Assembly: GCA_963664395.2 (NCBI GenBank)
Contig: OY761159.2
Location: forward strand, 1,824,001-1,888,000
Length of the DNA stretch: 64,000 nt
Reading direction: 5' to 3'
From: Candidatus Binatia bacterium
Lineage (GTDB): Bacteria; Desulfobacterota; Binatia; Bin18
The position numbers were made by a program, and so were the translations under genes. Shown here in pieces: positions 48,409-58,922 of this stretch (position 1 is the stretch's first letter; each line of letters opens with the position of its first letter). The notes under the pieces were generated by a model. The model was not told the DNA's origin and searched no databases. It worked only from the letters and a program-made list of their open reading frames with translations.

Positions 48409-50499
48409 CTAATGAAACGTGCCGCCCTCTTCGGCCAGTTTCCTGAGCAGCGGCGCCGGCTGCCAGGATGAGGGATCATGCTCGGCAAAGGCGCAGACGC
48501 GCTCATATACCGCTTTGAGGCCAACGCTGTCGGCGTAAAACATGGGACCGCCAAGATAGGCCGGGAAGCCATAGCCATAGACGTAGATGACATCAATATC
48601 GCTGGCGCGCTGGGCAATGCCTTCTTCCAGAATCTTGGCTCCCTCGTTCACCAGGGCGTACATCAACCGCTCGACGATTTCCTCACGGCTGATGGAACGC
48701 CGGGTAATTCCCTTTTCTTTGGAGGAGTTGACAATCAACTCCTCAATGGCCGGGTCGGGCCGGGGGGTACGATCACCGGGTGCGTAGGTGTAATACCCAG
48801 CGCCGGTCTTTTGGCCGTAGCGTCCTTGCTCACAGATACGGTCGGGAATCGCGCAGTAGCGCTCGCCTGCGGGCAGGCTGTCCGGCAGCCCTTTCCCCTG
48901 TCGAATGCGCCAGCCCACGTCGAGACCGGCCAGGTCGCCCATGGCGAAGGGCCCCATGGCCAGACCCAAGTCGTAGACCGCGCCATCCACATCTTGGGGT
49001 AAGCTGCCCTCTTCCAGCAGGTATTGGGCTTGCGCGCTGTATTTGTGCAGCATGCGGTTGCCGACAAAACCGTCGCACACTCCAACCACCACGCCGATTT
49101 TTTGAATGGCCTTGCCGACCGCCTGGGTCGTGGCCAGGGTATCAAAGCTCGTCTCGGCGCCGCGGACGATTTCGAGCAGACGCATGACATTGGCCGGGCT
49201 GAAGAAATGCGTACCGATGACTTTGTCCGGGCGCGTGGTCACCGAAGCAATTTCATCCACGTTGAGCGTGGACGTATTGGTCGCCAGGATACACTCGGGC
49301 TTGGTGACCGTATCCAATCGAGCGAAGACTTGCTTTTTGATCTCCATGTTCTCGAACACGGCTTCCACAACCAGATCAACCTCGCCGAGCGCTGCGTGGT
49401 CCAAGGTTGGCGTGATGAGACCCATGCGCTCTTCAACCTGTTCCGGCGTGAAGCGGCCTCTCTTGGCGCTGCGTTCATAGTTGGCCCGTACTACTGCCAG
49501 GCCCTTGTCCAGAAATTCCTGGCCGGTTTCGAGGATGGTGACCGGGATACCAACATTGACGAAATTCATGGCAATGCCGCCACCCATCGTGCCGGCACCA
49601 ACGATCCCAACTTTTTGAATGGCGCGGGTCGGGGTGCCTTTCAGCATGTCGCCGACTTTCGCTGCGGCCCGCTCGGCAAAGAAAATATGGCGTTGGGCAG
49701 CCGACTGCTGACTGGTCAGGACCTGGCGGAAGAGTTCTTGCTCTTTGGCCAAGCCGGCATCAAACGGCAGGGTGCAGGCCGCTTCGATACAATCGATGCA
49801 ACGCTGGGGTGCCTCAAAGCCACGCCGCGTCTTGCTGGCCTGTTTGCGGGCGGCGTCAAAGATGGCCAGGTCAACGCCGGTCACCTTGTCGCTCAGGTCT
49901 CGCACTTTTTTGAGTACGGCCCCGTCCGCGACGAGCTGACGGGCAAAGGCTTTTGCGCCGTCGAGCAGACTACCCTCGCTCACGATCTCGTCAATCACTC
50001 CCAGGCGATGCGCCTGGCCGGCCTGCAGCGGTGTACCCGAGGTGATGACCTCAAGGGCGGCCTCGGGACCGATCAGCCGCGGCAGGCGCTGGGTTCCGCC
50101 GCCACCCGGTAACAATCCGAGGCTGACCTCAGGCAGCCCCACCCGCGCGGACGGCACGGCCACACGGTAATGGCAGCACAGCGCGGTTTCGAGGCCACCG
50201 CCCAAGGCGGTGCCATGAATGGCCGCCACAACCGGCTTGGAGAGGCTCTCAATGATCTCCATGGTGTCGAGAAAATTCGGCGGCTGGAGCGGTTTGCCGA
50301 ATTCGGTAATGTCCGCACCGGCGATAAAGGTCCGACCGGCGCAGATGAGAACCGTCGCGATGGTGGCGTCTTTGTCGGCTTGGGTAAAGCTCTCCGACAG
50401 GCCCTGGCGCACATGCTGGCTCAGCGCGTTCACGGGCGGATTGTTGACGGTGATGATGCCGATGTCGTCCTCTTTAGTATAGCTAACCGAATGACTCAT
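48409..50499 (-). CDS. Bifunctional enoyl-CoA hydratase / 3-hydroxyacyl-CoA dehydrogenase (FadB-like)
   Basis: [45 protein letters not shown]. Confidence 0.93.
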   Translation of the reverse strand: MSHSVSYTKEDDIGIITVNNPPVNALSQHVRQGLSESFTQADKDATIATVLICAGRTFIAGADITEFGKPLQPPNFLDTMEIIESLSKPVVAAIHGTALGGGLETALCCHYRVAVPSARVGLPEVSLGLLPGGGGTQRLPRLIGPEAALEVITSGTPLQAGQAHRLGVIDEIVSEGSLLDGAKAFARQLVADGAVLKKVRDLSDKVTGVDLAIFDAARKQASKTRRGFEAPQRCIDCIEAACTLPFDAGLAKEQELFRQVLTSQQSAAQRHIFFAERAAAKVGDMLKGTPTRAIQKVGIVGAGTMGGGIAMNFVNVGIPVTILETGQEFLDKGLAVVRANYERSAKRGRFTPEQVEERMGLITPTLDHAALGEVDLVVEAVFENMEIKKQVFARLDTVTKPECILATNTSTLNVDEIASVTTRPDKVIGTHFFSPANVMRLLEIVRGAETSFDTLATTQAVGKAIQKIGVVVGVCDGFVGNRMLHKYSAQAQYLLEEGSLPQDVDGAVYDLGLAMGPFAMGDLAGLDVGWRIRQGKGLPDSLPAGERYCAIPDRICEQGRYGQKTGAGYYTYAPGDRTPRPDPAIEELIVNSSKEKGITRRSISREEIVERLMYALVNEGAKILEEGIAQRASDIDVIYVYGYGFPAYLGGPMFYADSVGLKAVYERVCAFAEHDPSSWQPAPLLRKLAEEGGTFH

Positions 50500-50580
50500 A
50501 GTGCCACCTTCCTTCACTCTTGCTTCTCTCTTCCTCTGGGTTTGATGTCGAGTTCTTCCGCGCTGGCCAGCCTGCGACTC

Positions 50581-52653
50581 CTACAGCTCGCGACCACATT
50601 GCTCACCGTCAAAAATGGCCGCCGTTACATCTCGCGGGGCGGCCACATCACCGATTCTGACGACTTCCGGGAAGGCGTCTTTGGCCGCGACATAGAGTTC
50701 GTCGTTGGGTACGCGAAGAATCGACATCACCACGCTATCGATCCGCTCTCGGGTTTCCAGCACTTCCGGCCCGGCCCAGATATCATACACGTCGACTTCG
50801 CCAGGACGGATCGCTTCGACAAAATATTGCTGGGTAATCCGTACGCCCAGCTTCTTCAGCCTGGGGAAGATATACATGATATCCAGGTTGCGAAAGAGGC
50901 GTTCGCCGGCAAACATGCGCGGGCTGAGGATCTCGACCTCCACCCCTGCTTTGGCCAGAACCTGGGCCAGGGCAAAAGGTAAATGGCTACCTGTTTCATC
51001 CAGGATGAGCACGCGTGAGCCGAGCGCCTGGGCGTCTTCGAGGGCCTGCTTGGTCGCGGTGCCGACATCAAGCACGTGGGATAAATCAGTGCCGGGAATC
51101 TCTTCGCGTTCGGGACGATAGAGACTCAGGCCGGTGCGTTCGTAAGCGGCACCGGTTGCAACAACAACGCTGGAGGCCTCGATATTCCGGAGTGATTGCC
51201 GGGTGACCTCAATGCCGCAGCGGACATCGACCCCCGCATTTTCGACCTCTCGCTCCAGGTTGTCGATCGCAATCGACCAGTCTGTCATTCCTGGCAGTTG
51301 TTCCAGCACACGCAAATGGCCGCCTAGCTTGTCGGCGCGTTCAAGCAAGGTGACCGCGTGACCGCGCCTGGCAGCCACCGCGGCGGCCTTCATACCGGCG
51401 GGCCCGCCACCGATGACCACAATATGCTTTTGATCTGCCTCCGGGACTCTCTTCAGTGAACCCTCTCCCCAGTAGGCTTCTCTGCCGCTGACCGGATTCA
51501 GGGTGCAGACGAGTTCACGGTGTTCAAACAGACGCGCCCCGCATTCATTACACCGGTTGCAGCGGATGATTTCGTGTTCGCGGCCTTCACGCGTCTTTTT
51601 CACCGTAAAGGGATCGGTCAGGAGCTGTCTGGCCAGTGCGACCATGTCTGCCGCGTCGCTTGCCAGGATGGCTTCCGCCGTGTGGAGATCACGGATCTTG
51701 CCCACCACAAAGACCTTGCCTCGGCCGCCCACGATTTCCTTGGCGCGTTTGCTGAACGGCGCCAGCCAGCCGTCTGGCTCCTCCCCTTCCATACTGGGTA
51801 GCGCCAGATGGAGGGTGTGGTAGCCGCCGGCCGAGATGTCGAAGAAGTCAAACAAGCCGGTCGCCGCCAGCACCTCGACCTGTTCTTCTGCCTGCTCCGG
51901 GGTAATCCCACCTTCGGGGCCAAGGAATTCATCCCACGACAGCCGCACCCCCACCACAAAGTCAGCCCCGACCCGCTTCCGTACTTGCTCGGCACATTCG
52001 ATGAGCAGTTGACAGCGCTTGGCCGGTGTCCCGCCGTAGGCGTCGTCGCGTTTATTGTAGGTCGGGCTCATAAACTGGCCCAGGCCGTAACTATGCGCCC
52101 CGTGCAACTCGACCCCATCCAGCCCGGCGCGCTTGACGTTTGCCGCCGACTGGCCGAAGTCGCGGGTTAATTCCGCGATCTCGTCGGTCCCCATCACCAG
52201 GGGAATTTCGTTGTGGACGACCGAGGGGATACGCGACGCGCCCCAGATGGGTTTGTTGCGGTCTATGAACATCCGGCCGCGGTCGTGGACGCCCATGGAG
52301 GCGAGCTGGACAAAGATGCTGGTGTCATACTGATGCACGGCGTCGGCCAGCTTGCTCATGGATGGAATACAACCCTCGTTCCAGACATCAACGATATGGA
52401 AAAACGAGCCCAGCGCGCTCCGGGCGGCCGCAACGGTTTCGGTAATGCACAGCGCCACGCCGCCTTTGGCGCGCTCGCGAAAATACGCGATCTGTCGGTC
52501 AGAGAAAACATGGTCGCGCGGGTCGCCGTGCTGCGAGCTATGGGCGGGTTGCAGAATGCGATTCCGCAGGGTGAGATTGCCGAGTTGCAGCGGCTCCCAC
52601 ACGCGTGACAGCTCGCTACTTTTTGCTCCACTCGGTTGTGCCGACGTGCTCAT
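50581..52653 (-). CDS. FMN/Fe-S/FAD oxidoreductase, OYE / trimethylamine-dehydrogenase-like
   Basis: RERAKGG, ELHGAHSY, SP.YNKR.D.YGG, CNRCNEC-x11-C, GGGPAG, ATGA. Confidence 0.88.
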   Translation of the reverse strand: MSTSAQPSGAKSSELSRVWEPLQLGNLTLRNRILQPAHSSQHGDPRDHVFSDRQIAYFRERAKGGVALCITETVAAARSALGSFFHIVDVWNEGCIPSMSKLADAVHQYDTSIFVQLASMGVHDRGRMFIDRNKPIWGASRIPSVVHNEIPLVMGTDEIAELTRDFGQSAANVKRAGLDGVELHGAHSYGLGQFMSPTYNKRDDAYGGTPAKRCQLLIECAEQVRKRVGADFVVGVRLSWDEFLGPEGGITPEQAEEQVEVLAATGLFDFFDISAGGYHTLHLALPSMEGEEPDGWLAPFSKRAKEIVGGRGKVFVVGKIRDLHTAEAILASDAADMVALARQLLTDPFTVKKTREGREHEIIRCNRCNECGARLFEHRELVCTLNPVSGREAYWGEGSLKRVPEADQKHIVVIGGGPAGMKAAAVAARRGHAVTLLERADKLGGHLRVLEQLPGMTDWSIAIDNLEREVENAGVDVRCGIEVTRQSLRNIEASSVVVATGAAYERTGLSLYRPEREEIPGTDLSHVLDVGTATKQALEDAQALGSRVLILDETGSHLPFALAQVLAKAGVEVEILSPRMFAGERLFRNLDIMYIFPRLKKLGVRITQQYFVEAIRPGEVDVYDIWAGPEVLETRERIDSVVMSILRVPNDELYVAAKDAFPEVVRIGDVAAPRDVTAAIFDGEQCGREL

Positions 52654-54842
52654 CTGCCTCCTCCTCTTTGGGACAACGACTCAGAAGCTGCTCTCTGCTC
52701 AGGCTCCCCGGATTCAGGTAGAGCAAAGGGGAGAGGGTCGGCAAAGCGGCGCACCACATTGGCCGTAATCTGAGCAATATCGTTGTCATAGCCGTTGCGA
52801 GCAAGCGCCCCAAACCACGAAATCGAGCCAACTGAAAACACGGCCCCACCGGCCGGTGTCTCAAAAAACACAAGGTCTGCCCGGACAACCGGATCAGGGG
52901 AGGGCACGACGGTCGACGCCTGGAGCTCTTCTTTGGTCCGGGTCATGTCAGGCCCAAACTCGGTTGCAGAAGCGAGGATAAGCGCGTGGGCGGGGGAACC
53001 GAGCGTTTGGCTGTAGCGATCAACCTCCTGACCGGCAGCCCCGCCGCCGAGCCCTGAGGTGCCAATCTCTTCAGCCGTCACACCTTCAAATATCCAGGCG
53101 GCACGAGAGGTATAGCTCTCCGGACTGCGCTGATAGCCGATGGCCCGTTCAAAGCCCTGAGCGGCAAACCCCACTCCCACGAGGGTATTCGGCGCCCGAC
53201 CCAAGCGCCGCCACAAGCCGCCGTACTCACCGGTAAAGGCGTGGTAAGACTCTCCCGGCTCGGTTTGCCAGTTGCGCACACCGTCCTCGGCCCGCCGTAA
53301 TTCGACTGCCCCAGGCCAGGCATCGCTCAGCGCCACACGCCAATAAAATCCGTTGCCGCCGAGATACATCAACCGCCCCCCACGCCGCAGCCATACTTCA
53401 AGGGCGTCGAGCATCCTGGTTGACCAATACTCCGGGTGAGTGCCAGTCACAATGACACGGTACGGAGCCAGCGCGGCTATCCCTTCGGCGTGGACATCTT
53501 CGTCAGCGAGGATATCGTGACCAAGCTGGAGATGATCGAGGAAGGCGTTAATATCCGTGTCCGGGGTGAAATTCCAACCGTCAGCCCCCGGTCGGAGTTG
53601 GAGCACGGGGCGGCGTCGAGAGCTGAACATGACTCCACTGCCATCCGTATGTTTCTCGTAAGTAGATCGACCAACTTCAGGATGGTGGCGCAGATATTCG
53701 TGCTCAGGCCGCAGGCGGGAGCGCGTGGCGATAAAGTCTGCGCCTTCAAACAGCATGCGGTGATTGGCGTAGGCCATATAGGTGCAGGAGGACATGAGCA
53801 GGGCGACGTCGGCCGTTGGTGCCTGGCGGGCGGGACGAACGAAAAACGGCACCCGATCCTGGCCCTGAGCCGTGCGGAGGCGAAAGGCATAGATGCCGCT
53901 GGCAAGATCAGCCGGCAAGGTCAGCTCTGCGATGGCCGGCCAGCCGGCGTCATATACATCGTCAGTATGAAAATGAATGGCGTCATAATGCGACGGCATA
54001 GACGTCCAGGCTTGATGGCTGCCGTCCCAATCGGGACCGGTGACCGCCCGAGCGGGAAGCTGGTGGAGGAGGCCATGGCGTTCATTGCCACTGACGTCAA
54101 CGATCTGCCTCCCTCCCATGTCTTTGGAGAAGTCCCATTCCAGGGTCGTCGCATCAAGGGTCAGCACGGGTCTGGCAAGGCGACCGTCGAAGCGAGCGCC
54201 CTCAGCGGAAGCCGCGAACAAGCAACAGCGGAGCGGTCCCGGTGGTGTTTCGCTGAGTGAGGTGGAAGCGGTGCGTGGCCCGAATCGCTCAAAGATGTCC
54301 TGGCCAGGTGAACGGCTCGGCTGTGGGGTGAGGGTTCCGGTGACAACTCTCTCCCTCAGGTCTGCTGTGATTTCGACCTGGTACCAGCGCTTGGCCTGGA
54401 GGGGTTGCTCTCGGAGCAGCAGCTCGGTTCGCCCAATGCGAGTAACAAGACGCCTCTTCGACAGCGTAAGTACCAGCAGCGGTCCTGATTCACCGACGAC
54501 CGAAAACAGGGTCTGATCTTGATCCGGTCGCGTCGCGAAGACGTGCACCTTGAATTTCGTCTGTCGTGTGACCGAGAAGCCTGACAGATCGACTTCGCCG
54601 TAAGAGCCGGGCTGTAAGCGTTGCTGCGTAAGCACAACCTCGGTGGGGAGATCGCTCGGGACTGCTATTTCTTTGAAACCAGGTCCGCTCCGGGTCGGGT
54701 CGCCACAGATAATACGGACGAGATCGAGTCGGGCAGGACCGGGCGTGTGGCTGGAGGCCATACAGCGGATCGATTCCCCGGCGCGGAGTGAGAGTGGTTC
54801 ACAGTAGCCGGTAATGGCCTTTGTGTCCTGGGGATCGTCCAT
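52650..54842 (-). CDS. N,N-dimethylformamidase large-subunit family protein (second paralogue)
   Basis: GDPTRSGPGFKE, YDAIHFH.DD, TYMAYAN, HPEYWS, YLGGNGFYW, GGAVFSVGSISW. Confidence 0.88.
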   Translation of the reverse strand: MDDPQDTKAITGYCEPLSLRAGESIRCMASSHTPGPARLDLVRIICGDPTRSGPGFKEIAVPSDLPTEVVLTQQRLQPGSYGEVDLSGFSVTRQTKFKVHVFATRPDQDQTLFSVVGESGPLLVLTLSKRRLVTRIGRTELLLREQPLQAKRWYQVEITADLRERVVTGTLTPQPSRSPGQDIFERFGPRTASTSLSETPPGPLRCCLFAASAEGARFDGRLARPVLTLDATTLEWDFSKDMGGRQIVDVSGNERHGLLHQLPARAVTGPDWDGSHQAWTSMPSHYDAIHFHTDDVYDAGWPAIAELTLPADLASGIYAFRLRTAQGQDRVPFFVRPARQAPTADVALLMSSCTYMAYANHRMLFEGADFIATRSRLRPEHEYLRHHPEVGRSTYEKHTDGSGVMFSSRRRPVLQLRPGADGWNFTPDTDINAFLDHLQLGHDILADEDVHAEGIAALAPYRVIVTGTHPEYWSTRMLDALEVWLRRGGRLMYLGGNGFYWRVALSDAWPGAVELRRAEDGVRNWQTEPGESYHAFTGEYGGLWRRLGRAPNTLVGVGFAAQGFERAIGYQRSPESYTSRAAWIFEGVTAEEIGTSGLGGGAAGQEVDRYSQTLGSPAHALILASATEFGPDMTRTKEELQASTVVPSPDPVVRADLVFFETPAGGAVFSVGSISWFGALARNGYDNDIAQITANVVRRFADPLPFALPESGEPEQRAASESLSQRGGGR

Positions 54843-55424
54843 TTAACGAATTGTCCCTGCTGCGGTTGCTTCGGGCACCTCTTCAAGCCTGCCCGTTTTG
54901 ACGTCGTAGATATAACCGTAAATGGGGATGTCGCCGGGAACCAGGGGATGATTGCGGATGCGCGTCACGTCTTCGACAACGCTCTGTGTGCTATCGGCGA
55001 TCGTCAGCCAATCGATATAGCTGCCCTCTGTCGAACCGGGCCCCTGACCCGAGTCCTGCCAGCCGGAATCACCTATACTGGCGGTCCGGAGGCTGCTGGC
55101 CAGGAGACGGCGCATCACCTCATCGGTGAAGGTTGCCATGCCGCACTGCGTATGATGAATCACAAACCACTCCCGCGTCCCCAGGAGTTTATACGAAATC
55201 ACGAGGGAGCGGATGGCGTCATCACTCGCCCGTCCACCCGCGTTGCGGATCACATGCGCGTCGCCCTCCGCCAAGCCGGCGTATTGGGCGGGATCGAGCC
55301 GCGCGTCCATACAGGTCAGAATGGTAAAACGTCTACCGGGCGGGACAGGCAAGTCGGCCTTCTGGTCAAAATTCTTGGCATAGGTGGCGTTGGCTGCAAG
55401 GACTTCATCTCGGATCTGACTCAT
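54843..55424 (-). CDS. Beta-class carbonic anhydrase (clade D)
   Basis: TCMDAR, RNAGGR, HHTQCG; GGAGA RBS before ATG 55424. Confidence 0.9.
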   Translation of the reverse strand: MSQIRDEVLAANATYAKNFDQKADLPVPPGRRFTILTCMDARLDPAQYAGLAEGDAHVIRNAGGRASDDAIRSLVISYKLLGTREWFVIHHTQCGMATFTDEVMRRLLASSLRTASIGDSGWQDSGQGPGSTEGSYIDWLTIADSTQSVVEDVTRIRNHPLVPGDIPIYGYIYDVKTGRLEEVPEATAAGTIR

Positions 55425-55565
55425 CGATCGTCTCCTTTGCTGACACGTTGGTATACCGGATTGTCGGGTCGCTGTCGTCGGTCCGTGCCTGGGTGGGCCA
55501 TCAGGCAGACCTTGGCCGTATAACATGATATGCCTCGACGGAAAGTAACGGAAAGGAACCCAAGC

Positions 55566-56180
55566 ATGGCAAAATCGAAGCTGTACGGAATTTCGGGCTC
55601 GCGGGCGATACGTTCGCTCTGGGCGATTGAGGAAGTGGGCATCGAGTATGAGCACGTCGCGGTCAATTTCATGGACGAGTCGAAGAAGCCGGAGTATCTG
55701 GCGGTGAATCCGAACGGTCGTATTCCCGCCTTACAAGATGGCGATGTGACCCTGTTTGAGTCCATGGCGATTAATCTCTACCTGGCCAAAACCTACGGCG
55801 GTGATCTCTATCCCCGTAATCCTGCCAATGAAGCCCTGGTTTGGCAATGGAGTGTATGGGTCATGACCGAGATCGAGTCGGCGCAGATGGACATCGTGGT
55901 CCAAAAGTTTTTTACGCCTGAGGAAAAGCGCGACGCGACGGTTCTCGCCGCTGCCGAGAAAACGCTGGCCCGACCCTTGAAGGTGCTTGATGATACCTTG
56001 GCCAATAAAGACTGGCTGGTTGGGGATGCCTTCAGCATTGCCGACCTTAACGTCTCCGGGGTGATGCTGCTTTTAGCGATGGTGAAATTCGATTCCTCGG
56101 CCTACGCCAACGTGCAGCGTTGGACAGAGGCGTGTTATGCCCGGCCCTCGCTTGATCGGGCCAAGGCGGTGGGCAAGTAG
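55566..56180 (+). CDS. Glutathione S-transferase
   Basis: SRAIR, NPNGRIP, LFESMAI, FSIADL. Confidence 0.9.
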   Translation: MAKSKLYGISGSRAIRSLWAIEEVGIEYEHVAVNFMDESKKPEYLAVNPNGRIPALQDGDVTLFESMAINLYLAKTYGGDLYPRNPANEALVWQWSVWVMTEIESAQMDIVVQKFFTPEEKRDATVLAAAEKTLARPLKVLDDTLANKDWLVGDAFSIADLNVSGVMLLLAMVKFDSSAYANVQRWTEACYARPSLDRAKAVGK

Positions 56181-56200
56181 GCTGACGGAGACGCTCCGTT

Positions 56201-57154
56201 TTACAGGCCGCGTAAAAAGCGCAGGATGCACTCGGTTGTTTCCTGCGGCTTTTCCGCCTGCACCCAATGCCCGGCGCCGTCAATGATTTCGAGAAAGCGC
56301 AGGTCTTCGAACGAATCTGCAAACGTGGCGCGCCAGTTGGGATCGTAGAGCAGGACATCATCCGCCGCTCCGGCTACAAAGGCCGCCGGCTGGGAGAATT
56401 TTTTGCCTTCGAGTTCAGGCGTAATGCCGTTATTCGTCGGGATGTTGCGGTACCAATTCACCGGTCCTCTGAAACCGCTCGTCCGGTACTGCTCGACGTA
56501 ATAGTCAAGGTCTTCTTGAGTGAGCCAGCTTGGCAGCTGATCCGGCTCGGGCAGCGCGTCGAGCAGGCCGCTCGACCTGGGGTGCTCCAGTTGCTTCATC
56601 CAACTCTGCGCCGGCGCGTCGGCGCACAGCCCGTAATACAGGATGCGCAGGCTGCGTTCCAGGTCTTTTTCAAGCTCGGCTTCGACCCGGCCTTCTTCCT
56701 GAAAGTAGCGCATATACCAGAATTGGTCGTCCATGCCCGGCGGATTCAGCGCGGCATCCGTCATGCGCCAAAAGGGAACGGACAGGCCCATCACGGCCGT
56801 GCAGCTCTCCTCGTGGAGCAGGGCGGTATTCCAGGCCACAATACAGCCCCAATCGTGGCCGATGAGAGTGAATTCAGCATAGCCCAGGGCCGGAGCAATG
56901 CCGGCCACATCGGCGGCCAGCGTGCGAATATTGTAATCCGAAATGTCGGGCGGACACTCACTGCCGCCATAGCCGCGTTGGTCGGGCACGGCGACGCGAT
57001 AGCCCGCAGCCACGAGTGGGTCAATCTGGTGTCGCCACAGATACCAGCACTGCGGCCAACCGTGGAGCAGAATAACCAGCGGTCCGTCGCCCTCTACGAC
57101 GGTGCGTAGCCTGACCCCGTTTGTTTGAAGCATTTCGAAATTGCGATTGATCAT
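56201..57154 (-). CDS. Epoxide hydrolase (alpha/beta hydrolase)
   Basis: HGWP, PDQRGYG, GHDWG, NWYR, GHW. Confidence 0.9.
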   Translation of the reverse strand: MINRNFEMLQTNGVRLRTVVEGDGPLVILLHGWPQCWYLWRHQIDPLVAAGYRVAVPDQRGYGGSECPPDISDYNIRTLAADVAGIAPALGYAEFTLIGHDWGCIVAWNTALLHEESCTAVMGLSVPFWRMTDAALNPPGMDDQFWYMRYFQEEGRVEAELEKDLERSLRILYYGLCADAPAQSWMKQLEHPRSSGLLDALPEPDQLPSWLTQEDLDYYVEQYRTSGFRGPVNWYRNIPTNNGITPELEGKKFSQPAAFVAGAADDVLLYDPNWRATFADSFEDLRFLEIIDGAGHWVQAEKPQETTECILRFLRGL

Positions 57155-58083
57155 AGATTCCCCTTGTCTGCGGCGTCCGCGCTTGTCACTCCGGTCAGGC
57201 CGGTCGCGTTTTGGATTTCTCGACGTAACTCCGCGCTGCCCAGGCCCTCTCCGTCTTCCTCTCGGCCCAGGGCGTATTGTGGCCCGATGGACTCGGGGCC
57301 TTCTCCCGGTGGTAGCGGAGGCGTGTAATAGCCCAGGGCGTAACTCCCAAGCGTATAGCCGAGCAGGTCCTGCAATTCTACTGATAAGGTTTTTGCGATC
57401 TCAGGCGGACAGGAAAGATACTGGTTCTCCTCTTGGCGTAACCAGGCCAGCGAGTACGTGATGTTCATACCAATGCGATCGCTGGCCGACTGATTCGCGC
57501 CCGCGGCGTGAAAGACCGAGCCGGTATACAGCAGCACCGAGCCGCGCGTCATCTCGGCCTGGGTCATTTCATCCTTGTCCGCCCGGCGGCCGTCCGGCCA
57601 GTCCATACTGCCCGGAACCACCCGCGTGGCTCCGTTTTCACGGGTAAAATCCGTCAGCGCCCACATGGTGTTGAACTGGGGCTCGACGCCTTTCAGATAG
57701 GTTCCCCAGGCCCAGCGGTCACGATGGATCGCCTGCTTGGGTTGGCCGGGCCGGATACGAATAATCTGGCCGAGATGGAGTTGAATGCGGGAACAGTAGG
57801 GCGCCAGAAAGGTCTGGGCGGCTCTGAGCACCGATGGACTAGTCACCAGATCACAGCACGCCGGCGAGCGGGCCACCAGCGCACCCGTGCGTGTGGTCAG
57901 AAGGCCAACGAAAGGGTCTTGGCCGTTTCGCGTGGCGTCAATATACGGCTCGGTTTCGCTCAGCACCTGATTAACTTCGGCAGGGGTGAGCATATCCTTC
58001 AGGATAACCGCCCCGTCTCTTTCAATGATCGGGAGAATATCCGCGGTGTCTGCCGTTGCCGGAAGGGTTGTCAGCTGTGCCAT
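57151..58083 (-). CDS. Phytanoyl-CoA dioxygenase (PhyH) family 2OG-Fe(II) oxygenase
   Basis: HRD, WALTDFT.ENGAT..VPGS, H.AGAN, WLRQEENQY. Confidence 0.88.
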   Translation of the reverse strand: MAQLTTLPATADTADILPIIERDGAVILKDMLTPAEVNQVLSETEPYIDATRNGQDPFVGLLTTRTGALVARSPACCDLVTSPSVLRAAQTFLAPYCSRIQLHLGQIIRIRPGQPKQAIHRDRWAWGTYLKGVEPQFNTMWALTDFTRENGATRVVPGSMDWPDGRRADKDEMTQAEMTRGSVLLYTGSVFHAAGANQSASDRIGMNITYSLAWLRQEENQYLSCPPEIAKTLSVELQDLLGYTLGSYALGYYTPPLPPGEGPESIGPQYALGREEDGEGLGSAELRREIQNATGLTGVTSADAADKGNL

Positions 58084-58151
58084 TGCTCTCTCCTTCTAAA
58101 CGATCTCCTGATCTCGGATTCCTGCAAATCCAGAAGTCGCATGTTCACGTA

Positions 58152-58556
58152 TTATTCTCCAAACGCCGCTTCCTGAAGCGCCCGTACCTGCGCCTTCACA
58201 AATGCGTCCGGGAAGTCAACCGCATCGTCGTACTGGGCGCGCCGATTTTTCCCGTTGATGTACGAGAAACACGCAGCCTGTCCATCGTTTCCTACCAGGA
58301 TCAAAACAGAAGACGCCGCGCCCGGTGACTTGAAATACAGCGCGATCTCGCCGTCCGTCGTGGGGTAGACGGTCGGGGCGATAGGCTGGTTTTCGAGTGC
58401 GAGAATCATTCGCCGAGCATGTTTCCTGGTATCGGCATGAATCTCCGGCAGGGCATCCTCTGCCACCTCGTCGCCTATGTGCTCCAACTCCTCTATCGCG
58501 TCCGTAATCCACTGTGCGCCTGGGCTGTCAGCCGGAAGTGTGGTGAACTGTGCCAT
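58152..58556 (-). CDS. Hypothetical protein whose first ~9 codons and RBS derive from a phyH homologue
   Basis: MAQFTTLPA versus MAQLTTLPA; remainder (APTVYPTTDGEIALYF...) is unrelated to PhyH. Confidence 0.65.
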   Translation of the reverse strand: MAQFTTLPADSPGAQWITDAIEELEHIGDEVAEDALPEIHADTRKHARRMILALENQPIAPTVYPTTDGEIALYFKSPGAASSVLILVGNDGQAACFSYINGKNRRAQYDDAVDFPDAFVKAQVRALQEAAFGE

Positions 58557-58576
58557 TCTTTTCTCCTGACCCATCG

Positions 58577-58609
58577 TCACGAGTTGCACGACAGCAGCGA
58601 ACAGCCCGG
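58577..58609 (-). repeat. Remnant copy of the selO 3' end
   Basis: PGCSLLSCNS* versus PGCSMLSCSS*; 27/33 nt identical to 58923-58955. Confidence 0.85.
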
Positions 58610-58634
58610 ACCGTCCGGAATTGTCACTACCCCT

Positions 58635-58883
58635 CTAAACGGTCTCCGGTGCAGGTGGCGGTTGAGATGTCCAAGGCTCATAGTGCAATACCATGATCTG
58701 ATCCGGGCGGAGGCCAACCGACTCGTATGTCCGGCCTTCTCGATCACAAAATTCGACTTCAAACGCTGCACCATCCGCCATAATTTCTACAATCATCCCA
58801 ACCTGCCCACGCCACAGCTTATAGTCAGGCAAGTCAACCGTGAGGGCCACTACGTCGAACAGTTTTATTGGGATTGTTATCAT
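58635..58883 (-). CDS. DUF4926-like protein
   Basis: LFDVVALTVDLP...RGQVG.IVE....AFEVEF.D..G.TY; GAGG RBS. Confidence 0.8.
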   Translation of the reverse strand: MITIPIKLFDVVALTVDLPDYKLWRGQVGMIVEIMADGAAFEVEFCDREGRTYESVGLRPDQIMVLHYEPWTSQPPPAPETV

Positions 58884-58922
58884 CCACCTCTTTACCGCGC
58901 GGTGTTCGGATTTATCTGAGGC

